The notes below the pieces were generated by a model. It was given only the letters and a program-made list of their open reading frames with translations. It searched no databases and was not told the DNA's origin. Shown here piece by piece: positions 1-14,700 of a DNA stretch of 64,000 nt. The stretch is from Mytilus edulis (lineage: Eukaryota): the NCBI RefSeq assembly GCF_963676685.1, contig NC_092346.1, positions 53,196,001 to 53,260,000 on the forward strand, written 5' to 3'. Each line of letters opens with the position of its first letter. Positions within the stretch are counted from its first letter, which is position 1. The translations under genes were made by a program, and so were the position numbers.

Positions 1-1111
1 TTAGATTTAGTGAATATTCGAAATCTTAGTCTACAAAATAATTATTTAGGAAGATTTCTTAGTACTCGCAGTTATAAAATGTCAAGTAAATATAGCAGGC
101 TTGAGATTATAGATTTGTCGATGAATGGTATTGAAAAACTAGCATTTATATTATTCAAGGGACAGCCAAATTTAAAATATATCAATCTGAATGACAACAA
201 GCTGCAAAAGGTTACTTTTGATGTTTCGCAATTCGAAAAGTCTTCAGTATTTGGATTTATCAAGCAACAATTTTACGACATTAGACGGGAAAGCTATGGC
301 AATGTTCGATGGCCTGTCTAAAAATACCCATTTCACAGTTAATTTACAAAAAAATGCATTGCGATGTACCTGCAACACACTACCGTTTTTAAAGTGGATT
401 TCCAAAACAAAAGTTGATTTGCTGCTTAACGAAAAGTGTAATTTAGAAGATGGGACCGGTTTTAGTTTCTACCCCATAAACTCACTAATACAGCAAGTAC
501 AGAAGGGGTGTACGGCATATACGACCTTAGTCATAGCGTTGTCTGTAGGTTTGGCAGTCATGCTGACCGTTATTGTTTTGGCTTTAGTGTATAAATACAG
601 ATGAAAACTTCGATACATGTTTTATCTTGCCAAAAGTTAACTCTATGGTTACAAGGGTTCCACAGACGACGGTGAATACACTTCCGATGCTTTTATTTCG
701 TACTGTGATGATGATAAAGCATTTGTATTAAAAGATTGCATTGCAAACTTAGAAACTGAAGGGAATGCTAAATTATGCGTGCACCAACGTGATTTCTTAC
801 ATGGCCAAGAGATAACAGTCAATATTACAAACGCTATTCATGACAGCAGAAAGACGGTTTGCATTATAACAAGAAAGTTTTTTGAGTCGCACTACTGTAT
901 GTTTGAATTCAACATGGCCCGTATGGAAAACATTTATTCTCGAGATGGAAGGAATATCATTTTCCTAGTATTCCTGGAGCAAATTCAACCAAGAGAAATG
1001 CCACTTATGATGCTCGAACTTATAGAGAAACAATCGTACATCGAATATCCAAATGACGTAGAAGGAAATATTGTGTTCTGGGACAAAATTCAAGAAGCTA
1101 TTCATTCATGA
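1..1111 (+). pseudogene. Toll-like receptor pseudogene, 5' end outside window (LRR - LRRCT - TM - TIR, intronless)
   Basis: LRR motifs (LEIIDLSMNGI, LKYINLNDNKL, LQYLDLSSNNF), LRRCT (NALRCTC...FLKWI...C), a TM helix (TLVIALSVGLAVMLTVIVLALV) and a TIR domain (DAFISY...LCVHQRDF...SRKTVCIIT...YCMFE...FWDKI). The frame is broken by a frameshift near 230-240 and by in-frame stops at 602-604 (YKYR*KLRY) and 638-640. Confidence 0.9.
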
Positions 1112-1436
1112 CATAACTATTAAAGGTTATTTCTGGTCCCCTCTTTTCTACCTGTCGGACCCAAGTAAAACGGGTTGTGTAAGTTGAATTAATTATGCAA
1201 TCAATTTAGGTATTTCATACATATCTCGACAAAGAGATTTCCTCGCCTATAACATATTATGAGTCTCAAATTAAGGATCCTAATGATTTTCGAGAAAGAA
1301 AAACTCTAGAAGCATAATCCTTGTATAGCATTGGCTGGTTAGCTTTATTTAAGTCTTTTTTTTCTTCTTTTTGGTAGTTTACACGGCACAGTGTATTGAT
1401 GAGAACTTTCTTTGAATCCTCATATGATCCGCTCTT

Positions 1437-2286
1437 AAGCTTTGCATTTTTTTAATTTGAACAGGAGCATAGCTCTAGACTAAGAACGGTAAGTGACTCA
1501 CTGCCAAATTTCAAACTGTGTCTGCGAGTAATGGTTCTTAGCATTGTATATAATTTTTATCAAATTTGGATCAGGAAGCTGAAAAAGGTTAGAGTGCGAA
1601 AACGAAATAGGTACAGACGGATGGTAGGTTAAGAGTGTCACTTTATGTCAAACTCATAAATCGAAGATAAACTGACTAAAATGGCTAAAAATTAAAAAGA
1701 CAAACAGACAAACAATAGTACACATGACACAACATATAAAACTGAAGAATAAGCAACACGAACCCTGCAAAACACTGGGGGTGATATCAGATGCTCCGAA
1801 AGGGTAAGCAGATCCTGTGACGCCCGTTGTGTTGCTCGTGTTGTAACAAATCCGGTAAACAGTCTAATTCGGTAGGTCACATTCGTGAAAAGGGCAGGTG
1901 ATTGTAGTTACTACGTAAAGAATCCGATATCATAAGTGAAACGGTCATCACATAACGGTCAACCAACTCGTGATGGCGTCCGTAAAATTTACGAAGGGAT
2001 GATTTCAACTTCACCATTTGGAACTCTTGGTTGAAAAGCTTCCATGTGAGCAGCAACCTTCTATCAAGAAAATCATGATGGGAAGCTTTGCAATTTTTTA
2101 AGTTGAACAGGAGCATAACTCTAGAACGGTAAGTGACTCACTGCCAAAATTCAAATTCTGTCTGCGAGTAATGGTTCTTAGCACCGTATATAGTGTCTTC
2201 AAATTTTAATCAGGAAGCTTAAAAGTAAGAGTGCGAAACGAAATAGGTACAGACGGATGGTAGGTCAAGAGTATCATTTTATGTCC
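1437..2286 (+). repeat. ~210-bp diverged direct repeat pair (about 1437-1650 and 2083-2286) bracketing the retroelement fragment
   Basis: Both copies read AAGCTTTGCA...GAACAGGAGCATA...AGAACGGTAAGTGACTCACTGCCAAA...GAAATAGGTACAGACGGATGGTAGG...TTTATGTC. Confidence 0.75.
1651..2083 (-). mobile_element. 3' fragment of a Penelope-like retroelement
   Basis: Minus-strand translation SHHDFLDRRLLLTWKLFNQEFQMVKLKSSLRKFYGRHHELVDRY resembles the C-terminal region after the RT of mollusc Penelope-like elements. No RT core is present. Confidence 0.55.
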
Positions 2287-3411
2287 AAATTAACTACGAC
2301 TGGGTCATACAAATCAGAAGTATAAATTGACAAACAATGAGCTGTGCAAATATTATTCGTATTAATCTTTCTGTCTTAATTTAAAAGGTTATTGTAATTG
2401 TGTTGTTTTACATATGAAATAAGATTCAATCCTTCTATCTTACATCTGCTCTGTGTATATTTTGACGGCATAATAGTTAAAGAGAGGCGAAGGGACATTC
2501 AAACTCACAACGCCATTCCTTAAAAGAAAAAGATAAACAAACAACAGTGCAAAAAACACAACATTATTTAAAAGAATTTATATATTGATGTACACAATAT
2601 ATAAAATCGACCCATGCCGGAATTAAGGACAACATCAAAAATTTAATGTAGGATAACAAAAAAATGAATTCACATAGTTTTTTCACTGACCCAACCTCCT
2701 CTCAACTTAATTTCAAGTGGCAAAAACTGATTGACCCATATGGATATATATTCTATGTTATCAGAGTATACGTTTTGTGATCATGGGACCTGGTTTTTTT
2801 TCTAAACAGTGTATGTTAGTTCTGTATATTGACTTTGACATCACTATTTAAATAAATATTGGAAAAGGTTATGTGTATTGTTGGTATGCATAAAAGAAGT
2901 CACTTTTAAATTATAATTTTATAAACACTACAGTCAGCAAGGATTCTGAATTTTTCATCCGCCCACTATTGGCAGGGATAAATAGTGGGTATGTGGTTTT
3001 TGCTTTGCTCAAATAAATATATAGCAGTTCATTGTTTCATATATAATAGCTTTTAACTAAATAGTTGTCCTTAGAAATGTTTCGTGATGACAGGGCAGTG
3101 CATCTGTGCTAACTGAGGAGAGAGGGAAATGCACAATACTAAATGAATGTCATGATCATTGTGATATGATCTTTGTAATTTCTATTCAATGTATGTTGTC
3201 TAGTGTTGACCTCTGTCATATGTTTCTACTACCTCAAAAACTTTATATAACTTTCAAGTTTTCCAATACTTTCGACAAAAAATGACTTTCCGAATGATAT
3301 GATGGCTTTATTTTTAAAACGTACAAACATGTTAGGGCCGAACTTAAATCCGTATTTTTCAATTTGTAAATCAATGAAAGATCAATAAAATTTGCAGCGA
3401 CCCAGCGGTTG

Positions 3412-5015
3412 TAAATAAACTCAACATAGATACCAGGATTTAAATTTTGTATTTATGCCAGACTCGCGTTTCGTCTACAAAAGACTCACCAGTGACGCTA
3501 AAATCCAAATAAATTAAAAAGGCCAAATAAAGTACAAAGTTGAAGAGTATTGAGGATCAAATTCCTAAAATGTTTGCCAAATACAACTAAGGTAATCTAT
3601 TCCTGAGGTATAAAACCCTAGTATTTCAAAAATTCTAAAGTTTTGTAAACAGTTAATTTATAAATATGACCATATCAATGATAATTCAAGTCAGCACAGA
3701 AGTTTTGACTACTGGGCTGGTGATACCCTAGGGTTGTAATAAATAGTTGTCAAAGGTGCCAGAATTATAATTTAATACGCCAGACGCGCGTTTCGTCTAT
3801 GTAAGACTCATCAGTGACGCTCATATAAAAATATTTATAAAGCCAAACAAGTACAAAGTATAAATATCAGAGTAAATAGATCTTGTTATGCTGACAAGTT
3901 TTGCAGTTTATATTTAAGACTTTTACCTGAGCACCTGGGCAAAATTGGAAAAATTTGTTTCAGGTCCAATTACTCAAAGGTAGTTGACAGTTTTTTTCTG
4001 ATTTTTTCAGGAACTATTGATCTAATAGTGCTAATCATTTTTGCAATTAACTCTTTTACATTTGTTTTCATGATAACAGCCACTTATGGCCTAAAAAAAC
4101 TATTTCTTGAGCAATAACACAAAAACTGTCAACAGATTTTTCTCCAATTTTCTGGGAGGAATCATCTTGTCATACTGATCATTTTTGCAATTAACACTTT
4201 ATACCTAGCTCCTATGTATAATTGAAATTATACAATCAAAACTTCAGGGGGCAATAGCAGATTAAGTATGATTGCAATCAAGAAAACTTTCCACCAAAGA
4301 CAATGATGTGAACAAATACAAGTCATCATACAACCTTCAACTAAAACAAAACCAATCTATACATGAAGTTATGTTTTAGAGGCAAAAAAGCAAAATTTAT
4401 AAAACTGTTGAGGGCATAAGCATTAAAAGGAGCTTATCCAGATCCATAAAATTGTCTTAGATTACTTTTGTGGGAAATAGTCATATATGTCCAGAGGACA
4501 CTATGCTCTGCCTACAGTATCATGTTTATGTTCAGAGAACCCTGATATCATGATTATAATTCAAAAAGTTCATTTCATAATGAATGGTTCTCAAGCTTCA
4601 ATTTGATGTAAAGACATCTTTATGTTTTCCCTACTTTCACCAAATCTTTAGCCCGATAACAGAAAATCAGGCACACAGAAAACATACTGATTCTCATACA
4701 AATAAACTCATCATAGATACCAGGATTGAAATTTTATATTTATGCTAGACGAGTTTTTCGTCTACAAAAGACTCATCAGTGACACTCCAACCAAAAAATG
4801 TTAAAAAGGTCAAATAAAGTACGAAATTGAAGTGCACTAAGGATCAAAAGTTCCTAAACGTTTTGCCAAATACAGCCATGGTAATCAATTTCTAAGGTAG
4901 AAAAGCCTTAGTATTTAAAAAATAAAATGTTTTGTTAACAGTTAATTTTAATTTAATATAATTATGAACATATCAATGATAACTCAAGTCAACACAAAAG
5001 TGCTGACTATTAGGC
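3412..5015. repeat. Cluster of dispersed SINE-like repeat copies (about 3412-3730, 3740-3860, 4700-5015)
   Basis: Shared AAATAAACTCA-CATAGATACCAGGATT...TTTCGTCTACAAAAGACTCA-CAGTGAC...CCAAATACA...CATATCAATGATAA blocks. Confidence 0.6.
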
Positions 5016-5782
5016 TACAACTGCAGGTGGGCAATATATATAAAGCAGTAAAACTCTTCCCATAGTAGGGCATTGGTTTTTACATATGAAGCCACTTTTG
5101 GTTAGAATAGGGATGTTAAATCTAATACTTGTGTAGAGAGAGTGCCAAACTCTCTGCACATTTTCCTTGCAACAACTCTTTTAGGGGTCTGTAGGTAACC
5201 TGTTGCAAGGCAAAATTTCAGTCGCTATTCAAGACCCCCTGATTTTCCAGTGGCAGTCCTTATTTCTCCAACTTCTTCTTGGACGTTCGCTATCACAGGA
5301 CCTAATGATTGCACTTTTTGTTAATTTGTTTTTGTCCTGAACATGCATGCAATATTTGCCACTGGATGTAATGCAATCAGCAATCAATCAAATTCATCAT
5401 GACATTGTTGTCTCACCTACATCTTTACCATGTCCATTTTGTCAATATCAGACCAAACACAGTATAGTAAAAAGTTATGGCTTGCAAAAAACAATAAGTA
5501 ATGTTAAGCTTACATAAAAACATTTTAATTAACAAAACAATTGAGAATTATATAAATATAATAATTATAATGTAAAAATAAACATTTCAGGTAGAAATAA
5601 AAATTGGCAAGATTTATCAAAATGCATATAATGTATACTATTTAAAATCTTATACTCTTTTCATTAATATCATCTCTTGACTGTGATCCTAGCGGAGAAC
5701 TGCATTCATTTCTCAAATTCATCTGCTATATATATTGTTAAACCATGTGTATCAAATGTGTTGCATTGTTCCCACTGAGTTG

Positions 5783-8700
5783 TCATGTGGTTAGCCATTG
5801 ACCAATCAGGGTATTTATTGTTTTTCTTGACTCAGTTAGTTGTGGTGGATCAGCTGGGGTAGATGGATACATGTTAGCACAGTGGGCCGTACCTATATAA
5901 TATAAAATGATCATGTCTAAGAGAACAATATAAAACATTTTTTTCTCGGGTTTATAGGTCAAATGTGTAAAGTTTATGTTGAAAGTGTTTGGTATCAAGG
6001 TCTTTAATAATACAGGCATCACAAAACTTAACATAAACAATACTCATAAAAATGACATCCATGTTAGATGAAACTTTAAAAAAAAAAAAAAAAAAAAAAG
6101 GAATACTTTAAAAACATATTGACCTTCTATCTATAGTTTCTGAGAATATAACCTGTCAATGAACCCATTAAAATTGAGATCCAGATCAAGTGAACCCTTT
6201 TAATTTTCATGCTGTTGGTCTTTACATTCTATTTGATGAATGATGCTTTTGGTTTATTTGTAATTTGTTATGTTATTTAAGTCTGAGTTCTACTTAAAAT
6301 CATTTTGTCTTGGTAATGCCAAGATATATACTAGAGGCTCTAAAGAGCCTGTTTTGCTCACCTTGCTCTATGTGACTATTAAACAAAGGAAGCAGATGGA
6401 TTCATGACAAAATTGTATTTTGGTGATGGTGATGTGTTTGTACATCTCACTTTACTGAACATCCTTGCTGCTTACAATTATCTCTATCTATAATGAACTT
6501 GGCCCAGTAGTTTCAGTGGAAAATGTTAGTAAAAATTTACAAATTTTATAAAAATTGTTGAAAATTGACTATAAAGGACAATAACTCCTTAGGGGGTCAA
6601 TTGACCATTTCTGTCATGTTGACTTATTTGTAAATCTTACTTTGCTGAACATTATTGCTGTTTATAGTATATCTCTATCTATAATAATATTCAAGATAAT
6701 AACCAAAATCTGCAAAATTTCCTTAAAATTACTAATTTGGGGGCAGCAACCCAACAACAGGTTGTCTGATTTGTCTGAAAATTTCAGGGCAGATAGATCT
6801 TGACCTGATAAACACTTTTACCGCTGTCAGATTTGCACTAAATGCTTTGGTTTTTGAGTTATAAGCCAAAAACTGCATTTTACCCCTATGTTCTATTTTT
6901 AGCCATGGCGGCCATCTTGGTTGGTTGGCCGGGTCACGCCACACATTTTTTAAACTAGATATCCCAAAGATGATTGTGGCCAAGTTTGGATTAATTTGGC
7001 CTAGTAGTTTCAGAGGAGAAGATTTTTGCAAAAGATTACTAAGATTTACGAAAAAATGGTTAAAAAATAACTATAAAGGTCAATAACTCCTAAAGGGGTC
7101 AACTGACCATTTTGGTCATGTTGACTTATTTGTAAATCTTACTTTGCTGAACATTATTGCTGTTTACAGTTTATCTCTATCTATAATAATATTCAAGATA
7201 ATAGCCAAAAACAGCAAAAATTCCCTAAAATTACAAGTTCAGGGGCAGCAACCCAATAACGGGTTGTCGGATTCATCTGAAAATTTGAGGGCAGATAGAT
7301 CTTGACCTGATAAACAATTTTACCCCATGTCAGATTTGCTCTAAATGCTTTGGTTTTTGAGTTACAAGCCAAAAACTGCATTTTACCCCTATGTTCTATT
7401 TTTAGCCATGGCGGCCATCTTGGTTGGTTGGGCGGGTCACCGGACACAATTTTTAAACTAGATACCCTAATAATGATTATGGCAATGTTTGGTTAAATTT
7501 GGCCCAGCAGTTTCAGAGGAGAAGATTTTTATAAAAGTTAACGACGCCGGACGACGGACGACGGACGACGCCGGACGCCAAGTGATGGGAAAAGCTCACT
7601 TGGCCCTTCGGGCCAGGTGAGCTAAAAATGATTGAAGGGTGTGACAGCCAGTGAGAGACGATATTGTTAGATATAATTGCTGAACATGACTCAAAAAGGC
7701 TATATAAAAAGATTATCAGTTTTTGTAGATGCTTTAAAAAGCCTATGATTTCTTTTAATGCATTCATTTTCAGTTATTTTTCAGGTATTCTACGGGAAAG
7801 ACTTCACCACAACAGCAAATATTCATGTTACATGTAGATGGAATTTCAAATACATTTACTGAATATCAAACTCTTAATTTATATTTTTTTTCAATTGTAA
7901 AACTAGCAAGTTCTGAGTAGATAGATACACCATGGCTTTTGATTCTTTCCAAGAAATGTAAGCAAGAAATAACTTACCGTCAATATAAATAGTAGTGAAG
8001 TTTTGATCTGCACTGGTTGTAGTAAAACTAAGAGCATGCCATGGATCTATAGAACCATTAGGGAAGACAATTTTTGTAGGCTTCATGGCATATGCTCCAT
8101 AATTAGTGTTTGTTCTGTTGATTCCTTTCTGTATTAAATCAGCATTAAATTTGGCTCCAAATATATCAATACATTGCTGTATAGAGAAACTGAAAGTATA
8201 AATCAAAATATTTTGTTGCTGCTTTAACCAAGTCCATATGCTTTTGACAAATCTAAATATGAGACATTGGGTTCATTTTAGGCTAAATGTGTCATTGATA
8301 AAAGGTATTCCTTTGATTCCATTTTAAGAGTAGTTACATAAATAAGGCCATTAGTTTTCTTGTTTGAATTGTTTTACATTGTTATTTCAGGGTCTTTTAT
8401 AGGTGACCAAGCGGTATGGCCTTTGCTCATTTTTGAAGGCCGTACAGTGACTTATAGTTGTTAATGTCTGTGTCATTTTAGTCTCTTGTGGAGAGTTGTC
8501 TCATTGGCAATCATACCACATCTTCTTTTTTATATTAACATCTAACTTTGTAAAAAAAATATTTCTAACACTTTAGTTTTGTTCATTAACATCTTCCATT
8601 AAATGTAGTGTTGTCAAATAAAACTATTTATTGATTTCATACAAATTTATATCAAATCTATCAAAATTGAAAAAAAAGTCCGGTTAACAGGTTAGCGTTT

Positions 8701-11700
8701 TTGGTATTCGGTATTCGGTCGTTGACAACACTAATTAAATGCCAAAGGCAAAGGGCAGTTCAACATAATTCTTTTGCAACATTTATTTCTTATTTAATTG
8801 TATAAACTGGATATGAATATAATGGTTTACTTTTACAAATTGTGACTTTGACGGAAGGTTGTCACATTGGCACTACTAACACAACTTCTTACATCTATGA
8901 AAATGCCTTACTTCAAAGGAAAACCGGTAAATGGTTGATCTTTCAAATCTGAAGTCTGATAAAATCCAAACTCTGTACATGTCTGGTACATCCACTGACG
9001 TCCTGAAAAGAGGCAAAAGTGAGAATAAATAAATAAAATATTGTAGGACAGGCAGTAATGACATTCACAAATTTCCAATCCCCAACGTTAAACACAATTA
9101 GCACATATTGTCTTTGCAATATTAATTGCAGCCAAAATAAATGGAAGGCTATTTTATTTCATTTTCATACTCATTATACAACATGCCAAATATTTATTTT
9201 AAAACTAGTTTGAAGTCATTTGTTAAAGTAATTTCAAATACAAAAAATTTTAATATCTAAAAAAAAAATTGTAACTGTATATTTTCTCACCAGAATATAA
9301 ACAATATGCAATTTAAACACTTGTCCTCAACAGGAGCGTTTCAGGGGTTAATAAAGCATCAAATTGTATTCTAAAATTTTTGGATCAGAATTCTTTTTTC
9401 CCTCATATACCCCAAAATTCAATTGCCATACTGGTTGATAAAAGGATAATACATCAAATAGTCATTTCTTAAAGTAGGCCCTGTAAGTAAGTTAAAAGCA
9501 GGGCTTTCAGAGAACAAGAAGATGTGAATGAAAAAAAAACTTATGCCAAATATGGTGTGCCAAAGCTTATATGACCTTACTATTGGTAAATTAAAATGTA
9601 AAAGATGAGCAAAAAAATCAGTATAAAAAAATTTATAATTTTAAATAGAAAAAGTTATACACATATGTGTTTCTTACCGCCTTCCGCAGCACTGCTGTTC
9701 CAATCAGTTTTGGTTAGATCATCTATCATATTTTTGTAAGAAAAATCCATACATTTTTCTGAATATGTAGTCAACATCAAAGTGTTAACAGCTGCATATC
9801 TATTAATAGGATCACCACGGCCAACATCTTCCATTATGTTACACAATGTATCAACAGTTATATTGGTCCCAACTGCACCCTGTAAACATAGTAAAATCTT
9901 AATATTACAAAGAATATCTACTGTGTTTATTGCTTTTTCTACATACATGACATGTGGATAAAAAACTATGTCCTTATTAAAGCTGCACAGAACAATTTCA
10001 AGTTTGAAGAGAAAAAAAAAGTGGCGTTTGAGTGTTCTTTTTTGAATTTACAGTTACAATGGCCATATCAATTGATTAGTGAAAGCACCTATCAACTTGA
10101 AATTGATTAGGTTTGGAATTCTGTTTTTAGAAAGAAAAAAAAATCAAAATCTTTAAAAATGTTACCCGAAATGGAGGTTAATTTAACAAGCTATAATGTG
10201 CAAATCAATATATATGTAGGACTCAAATCTATGGCGGGTTCCAAATTTATGGCAGATTCCCAATCTATGGCAAATGTGACGTCATGCCATCCCCAATCTA
10301 TGGCAAATATGACGTCATGCCATCCCCAATCTATGGCAGATTTTTGTTTTCTCCAAATCCATGGCAGATCTTTAAATTGCGTCACAATGGAATAACGCAA
10401 AATTACATGGTCGCCGCCACAAACTATTGTGAAGCTCATAGATTTGAACACGATTCCAGATGAAGGTAATATCCTGGACAACAATTTGCAGATGGTTTAA
10501 AGGAAGATGTGACCTATTATTCGGAAGAGGGTCCAAATGTGCTGTACCAGCCAAAACCCGCGACGAACAAGCTAGGGCACCACTTTTTCAGTACTGGATT
10601 ATTAAAAAAGGAGTTATAGTAAATATTTTACTATCTTCAGTTGGAAAAGTTTATTAATTAAGTGATAGATAAAATTAACGGATATCTATTTGATTAAATT
10701 TTGTCAACAAATAAAAAAAATGTATTAACGATAAAATAATATTTTTGAAAATTCACAATTTTTTTTTGTTAAGGGACTTACTAGTTGGTCTAAGGAATGG
10801 GTTAATTAATTATAAGTACCATGATTACATATATTTTTTTAATTTTTACGGGGCACAACATTTCAAGCCTGAAGTCTGTATTGAGGAATTCCATCATTTA
10901 CAAAAAAAAATTGGTTAACATCACGATTTGGTTGACCATTATTTCACAAATGTTTATAGACATGTCGTACATTTCCACTGGTTTCACGGAAATCATTGAT
11001 CATATATGTACTGCATTGTTTTCCATTTGCTCAAAATTTGCCATAGATTTGGAAACAACAAAAATCCGTCATAGATAAGGAAACTGTAAAACTTGCCATA
11101 GATTAGGATTGTAAAAAATCTGCCATAGATTTGGGATGGCATGACGTCACATTTACCATAGATTAGAAATCTGCCATAGATTTGGAACCCACCATAGATT
11201 TGAGTCCTACATATATATATATATTCAGACAACAAACAGGTTGTTACATTTTGATATGAGTAAAAACTGGAAAGAGTAAATGTTTTTCACTAAACTGCCA
11301 CCAAATATTTATGGATTATATTTTTGAAAATGACAGAGTAAACACAAGATTAGGACAGTATCAAGATGCTTTAGAACAATGTTATCCCATATTGATATAT
11401 AATTTTTTTAATGTTGAGGGGTATATACACCCTTTTTTTAGATAAGAAAAAAAGCATCCTGTTTTGCATAAAATTATAAAAAAGATGCCTCACTAAAGTT
11501 ATTATTTTTTTGCTATTACCTCTATTTCCATAAACACTGCATGGTAATTAAAAGAAAAATATAATGGTAAATAAATTATTATTTTAATTTTTAGGAAGTG
11601 AAACAAACCTCAAAAGCCCTGTTATCTTTATTGTACTGTACAACACCTTCAAAGTTACCAGCCAAATTAGAGTAAAAGTTAGCTACATCCTTGGTGTTAG

Positions 11701-14700
11701 CAATATCAATATCATCACACAACCTACAAAATATCAAACTTCTTCTAAAAAACTGAGAACAAAAGAAACATGTGGAGTCGCACAGGTGTTAAGAAAGTAA
11801 ATGATATATTTTATCTAACCAAAATAATATGAGATAAAATTGAAAAAAAATTCTGGCCAAATTTGGCTTAAAATGAATAAAGAAATGTGATTTTTTCATT
11901 ATGGACTACTGTAATGCTGTCAATATAGAAGGACATATTATAGTCCTATAGCTGTATATATCCAGAAAAGATCTGACAGTTGGTTTGTTCAAAAGTATGT
12001 TCAATCAGAATCTAGAACAGCATTTGGCAATGAATTCCTTAATGAAGGTTCTTAGCTACATTACCCTTTTCAAGCCTTGCAATCATCTCAAGGCATTTCA
12101 AACGAGATTATTTTTTTTAAAGTATGAAAAAGTCAATAAAAAGGGCTGACTATTGCTAACACAACTGCTCACACTTATTTTTTAAGTCAGGTAAGATGAA
12201 CAAAATTCAAATACTTTGGCTGCATCAGCAAAACATTGACACAATGACATAAAATGAAATACAAACTTGAATAGTTTTTTCAGTTGCTTTCTTCCTGAGT
12301 CTGTCTGAAGCAGTTTGCCAACTGTCATGTGTGCTGTTTGAACCATCTTATTACACATTGGACCAGTTGTGTCTAAGGCTTTAGATACTACATCTAAATA
12401 TTCTGCAAAAACACAAGCTAAATTACATAGATCAATTGATTGAAATCACTGGTACATAGATTGCAATGGTTTTGTATATATTTTAACATTTTTTAAGTCT
12501 TTCATTAAGGTATGGTGGTGGGGAAAATCTAGATTTACCATTATTGCATATAGCTGCATAATTTAACCGTAGTTCTTTAGAAAGATATCAATTTTTCTTT
12601 AGAAAGATATCAATTTTTCCGTAAAATGTGATTCTGATAATTCTCATAACAATTTCTTTTAAATTGCACTTTAATATGTTTCATCATATCTAGTTAATAT
12701 TTTCATTTCCATAATCTTATTATGATGGTTTTATTCTATTGTACAAAGACCAGAAAGAAAAAAATTATAAGGCAATATCTCATAATAAACATTTCTGTAT
12801 TACAAGATAATTTATTAAGTTTGCTCAGGTTGCATTTTTCCTTATTATTTTTAGCTGTTCACTTAACTCTTGGACCTAAATTACAGATGAGAATGGCAAT
12901 GATTTTACATGTAAAATAGACCATGTAGTAGACTAGACTTTATTTTTTGTAGTATAAAAATTTATTTGTTTTCTTTCCTTAAAAAAATCAATCTTATTTA
13001 TAAATCCACTTCATATGAAAGTTAAGCTATTTTCTTACCAACAAAATTTAGAACAGCATTTATTGGAGCACTAGTTGCAACTGCACCATTGACTAAATGT
13101 GGATATTTTACTCTAAACCAGGCAGACAGGGAACCTGAAATATACAAATATCAATCTATGATCACAATAATTTCTTTATTTGTTTTCACTTTCACTGCAC
13201 TGGATAGTATCATTTCAATGGGGAAAACTATTCATTGCCAGCTCACATATATAAATGTTTTTCTGTTACAAATCATGATGTATTGTTTTATGTGTACATG
13301 TTATGCTGCCCATCAAAGGCCCTTGATTGGAATAATAAATATTCTTATTCTTATTCTTATTATGCATCCTGTTAAAAATCTTGAAAAATTTTACCAGTTT
13401 TTTTTTTTTTGTTTTGTTCATTATCTATACAACCATTAATACAGAATTAGTAAAAAATTAAATGAACAAATTGTAATTTCTTATAAGTTATCTCAAAAAT
13501 TTTTGTGATGGAACCTATGGTTGTCTAAAGTATGTATCGTTTCTGTATTTGACTGAAAATGTATGTTGTAGGCCTAACTTTCCTTTTGTTTCATTCTCAT
13601 GTTTGTTTGTGTAGTGATTGCATGTTCAGAATTGTACTAATACAACTTGTTAGTTTTTGTGATACCTATTCATCACAACTTTTTCAAAATAACAAAAAAT
13701 ACAAAAACTTTTCCTTTGTTATATTTTTCCTTTTACAAAATTCTACAACATTTTATATACACTATCATGTTATTATGTTACCAGTATAGGATGTCGACTG
13801 AAGATTATTTTCCTAAGAATTGCAGAACAAAATAATACAGAATCTGAAGACTTAACCTGGATAAGATCCACCAAATGTAATAAGCTTGTTATGATACAGT
13901 TGATATTTATCTCTGGCATATCTTATAAAAAAGGCTAAATCTGCTAAGGCCTGTTCACTGCTGAGGTAATGCAGGTTCTCTACACTTGTATCTCTGAAAT
14001 AATACACTACTGTTTATTAATCATTTGATATTTATCATTCAAAAAATGTATGTAGAAAACCACTTCAATGATTTTTAAATAATACTTAATATTCAAAATA
14101 ATCTATTTTATTGTTTAATCTAATCCTATTACAATGAATAATGTTTTAATTAAAGTTACCATTAATAGAAAAATATACAAACAGTTCACTTACATTGTAA
14201 CATTCAGCAATGAACCGTGAAAATGAGGTCAAGGTCAGACAAAACCTGTGAGACTGACATGTACATCATACAATATTTCCATATACCAAATATAGTTGAC
14301 CTATTGCAAAAATGATATGTATTAGAAAAAAACAAAAACTTCAAAAACTTAACTTTGACCACTGAACCATGAAAATGAGGTCAAGGTCAGATGACAACTA
14401 CCAGTTAGACATGTACATCTTAAAATCATTATATATATCAAATATAGTAGACCTATTGCATGTATCACAGTATAAGAAAAACAGACAAAAACACAAAAAC
14501 TTAATTAAAACCGCTTAATCATGAAAATGAGGTCAAGGTCAGATGACAACTTCCAGTTGGACATGTACATCTTACAGTACTTCCATACAACAAATATACT
14601 AGACCTAATGCTGATAGTATCTGAGATATAAACTTGACCACCAAAACTTAACTTTGATCACTGAACATGAAATGAGGTTGAGGTCAAGTGAAAACTGTCT

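Noticed and set aside
6732-7767. Repeated ORFs ([21 protein letters not shown])
   Set aside because: Chance translations of the tandem units of a non-coding interspersed repeat.
10159-11235. ORFs with repeated peptides ([17 protein letters not shown])
   Set aside because: Products of the MITE's subterminal AATCTATGGC repeats.
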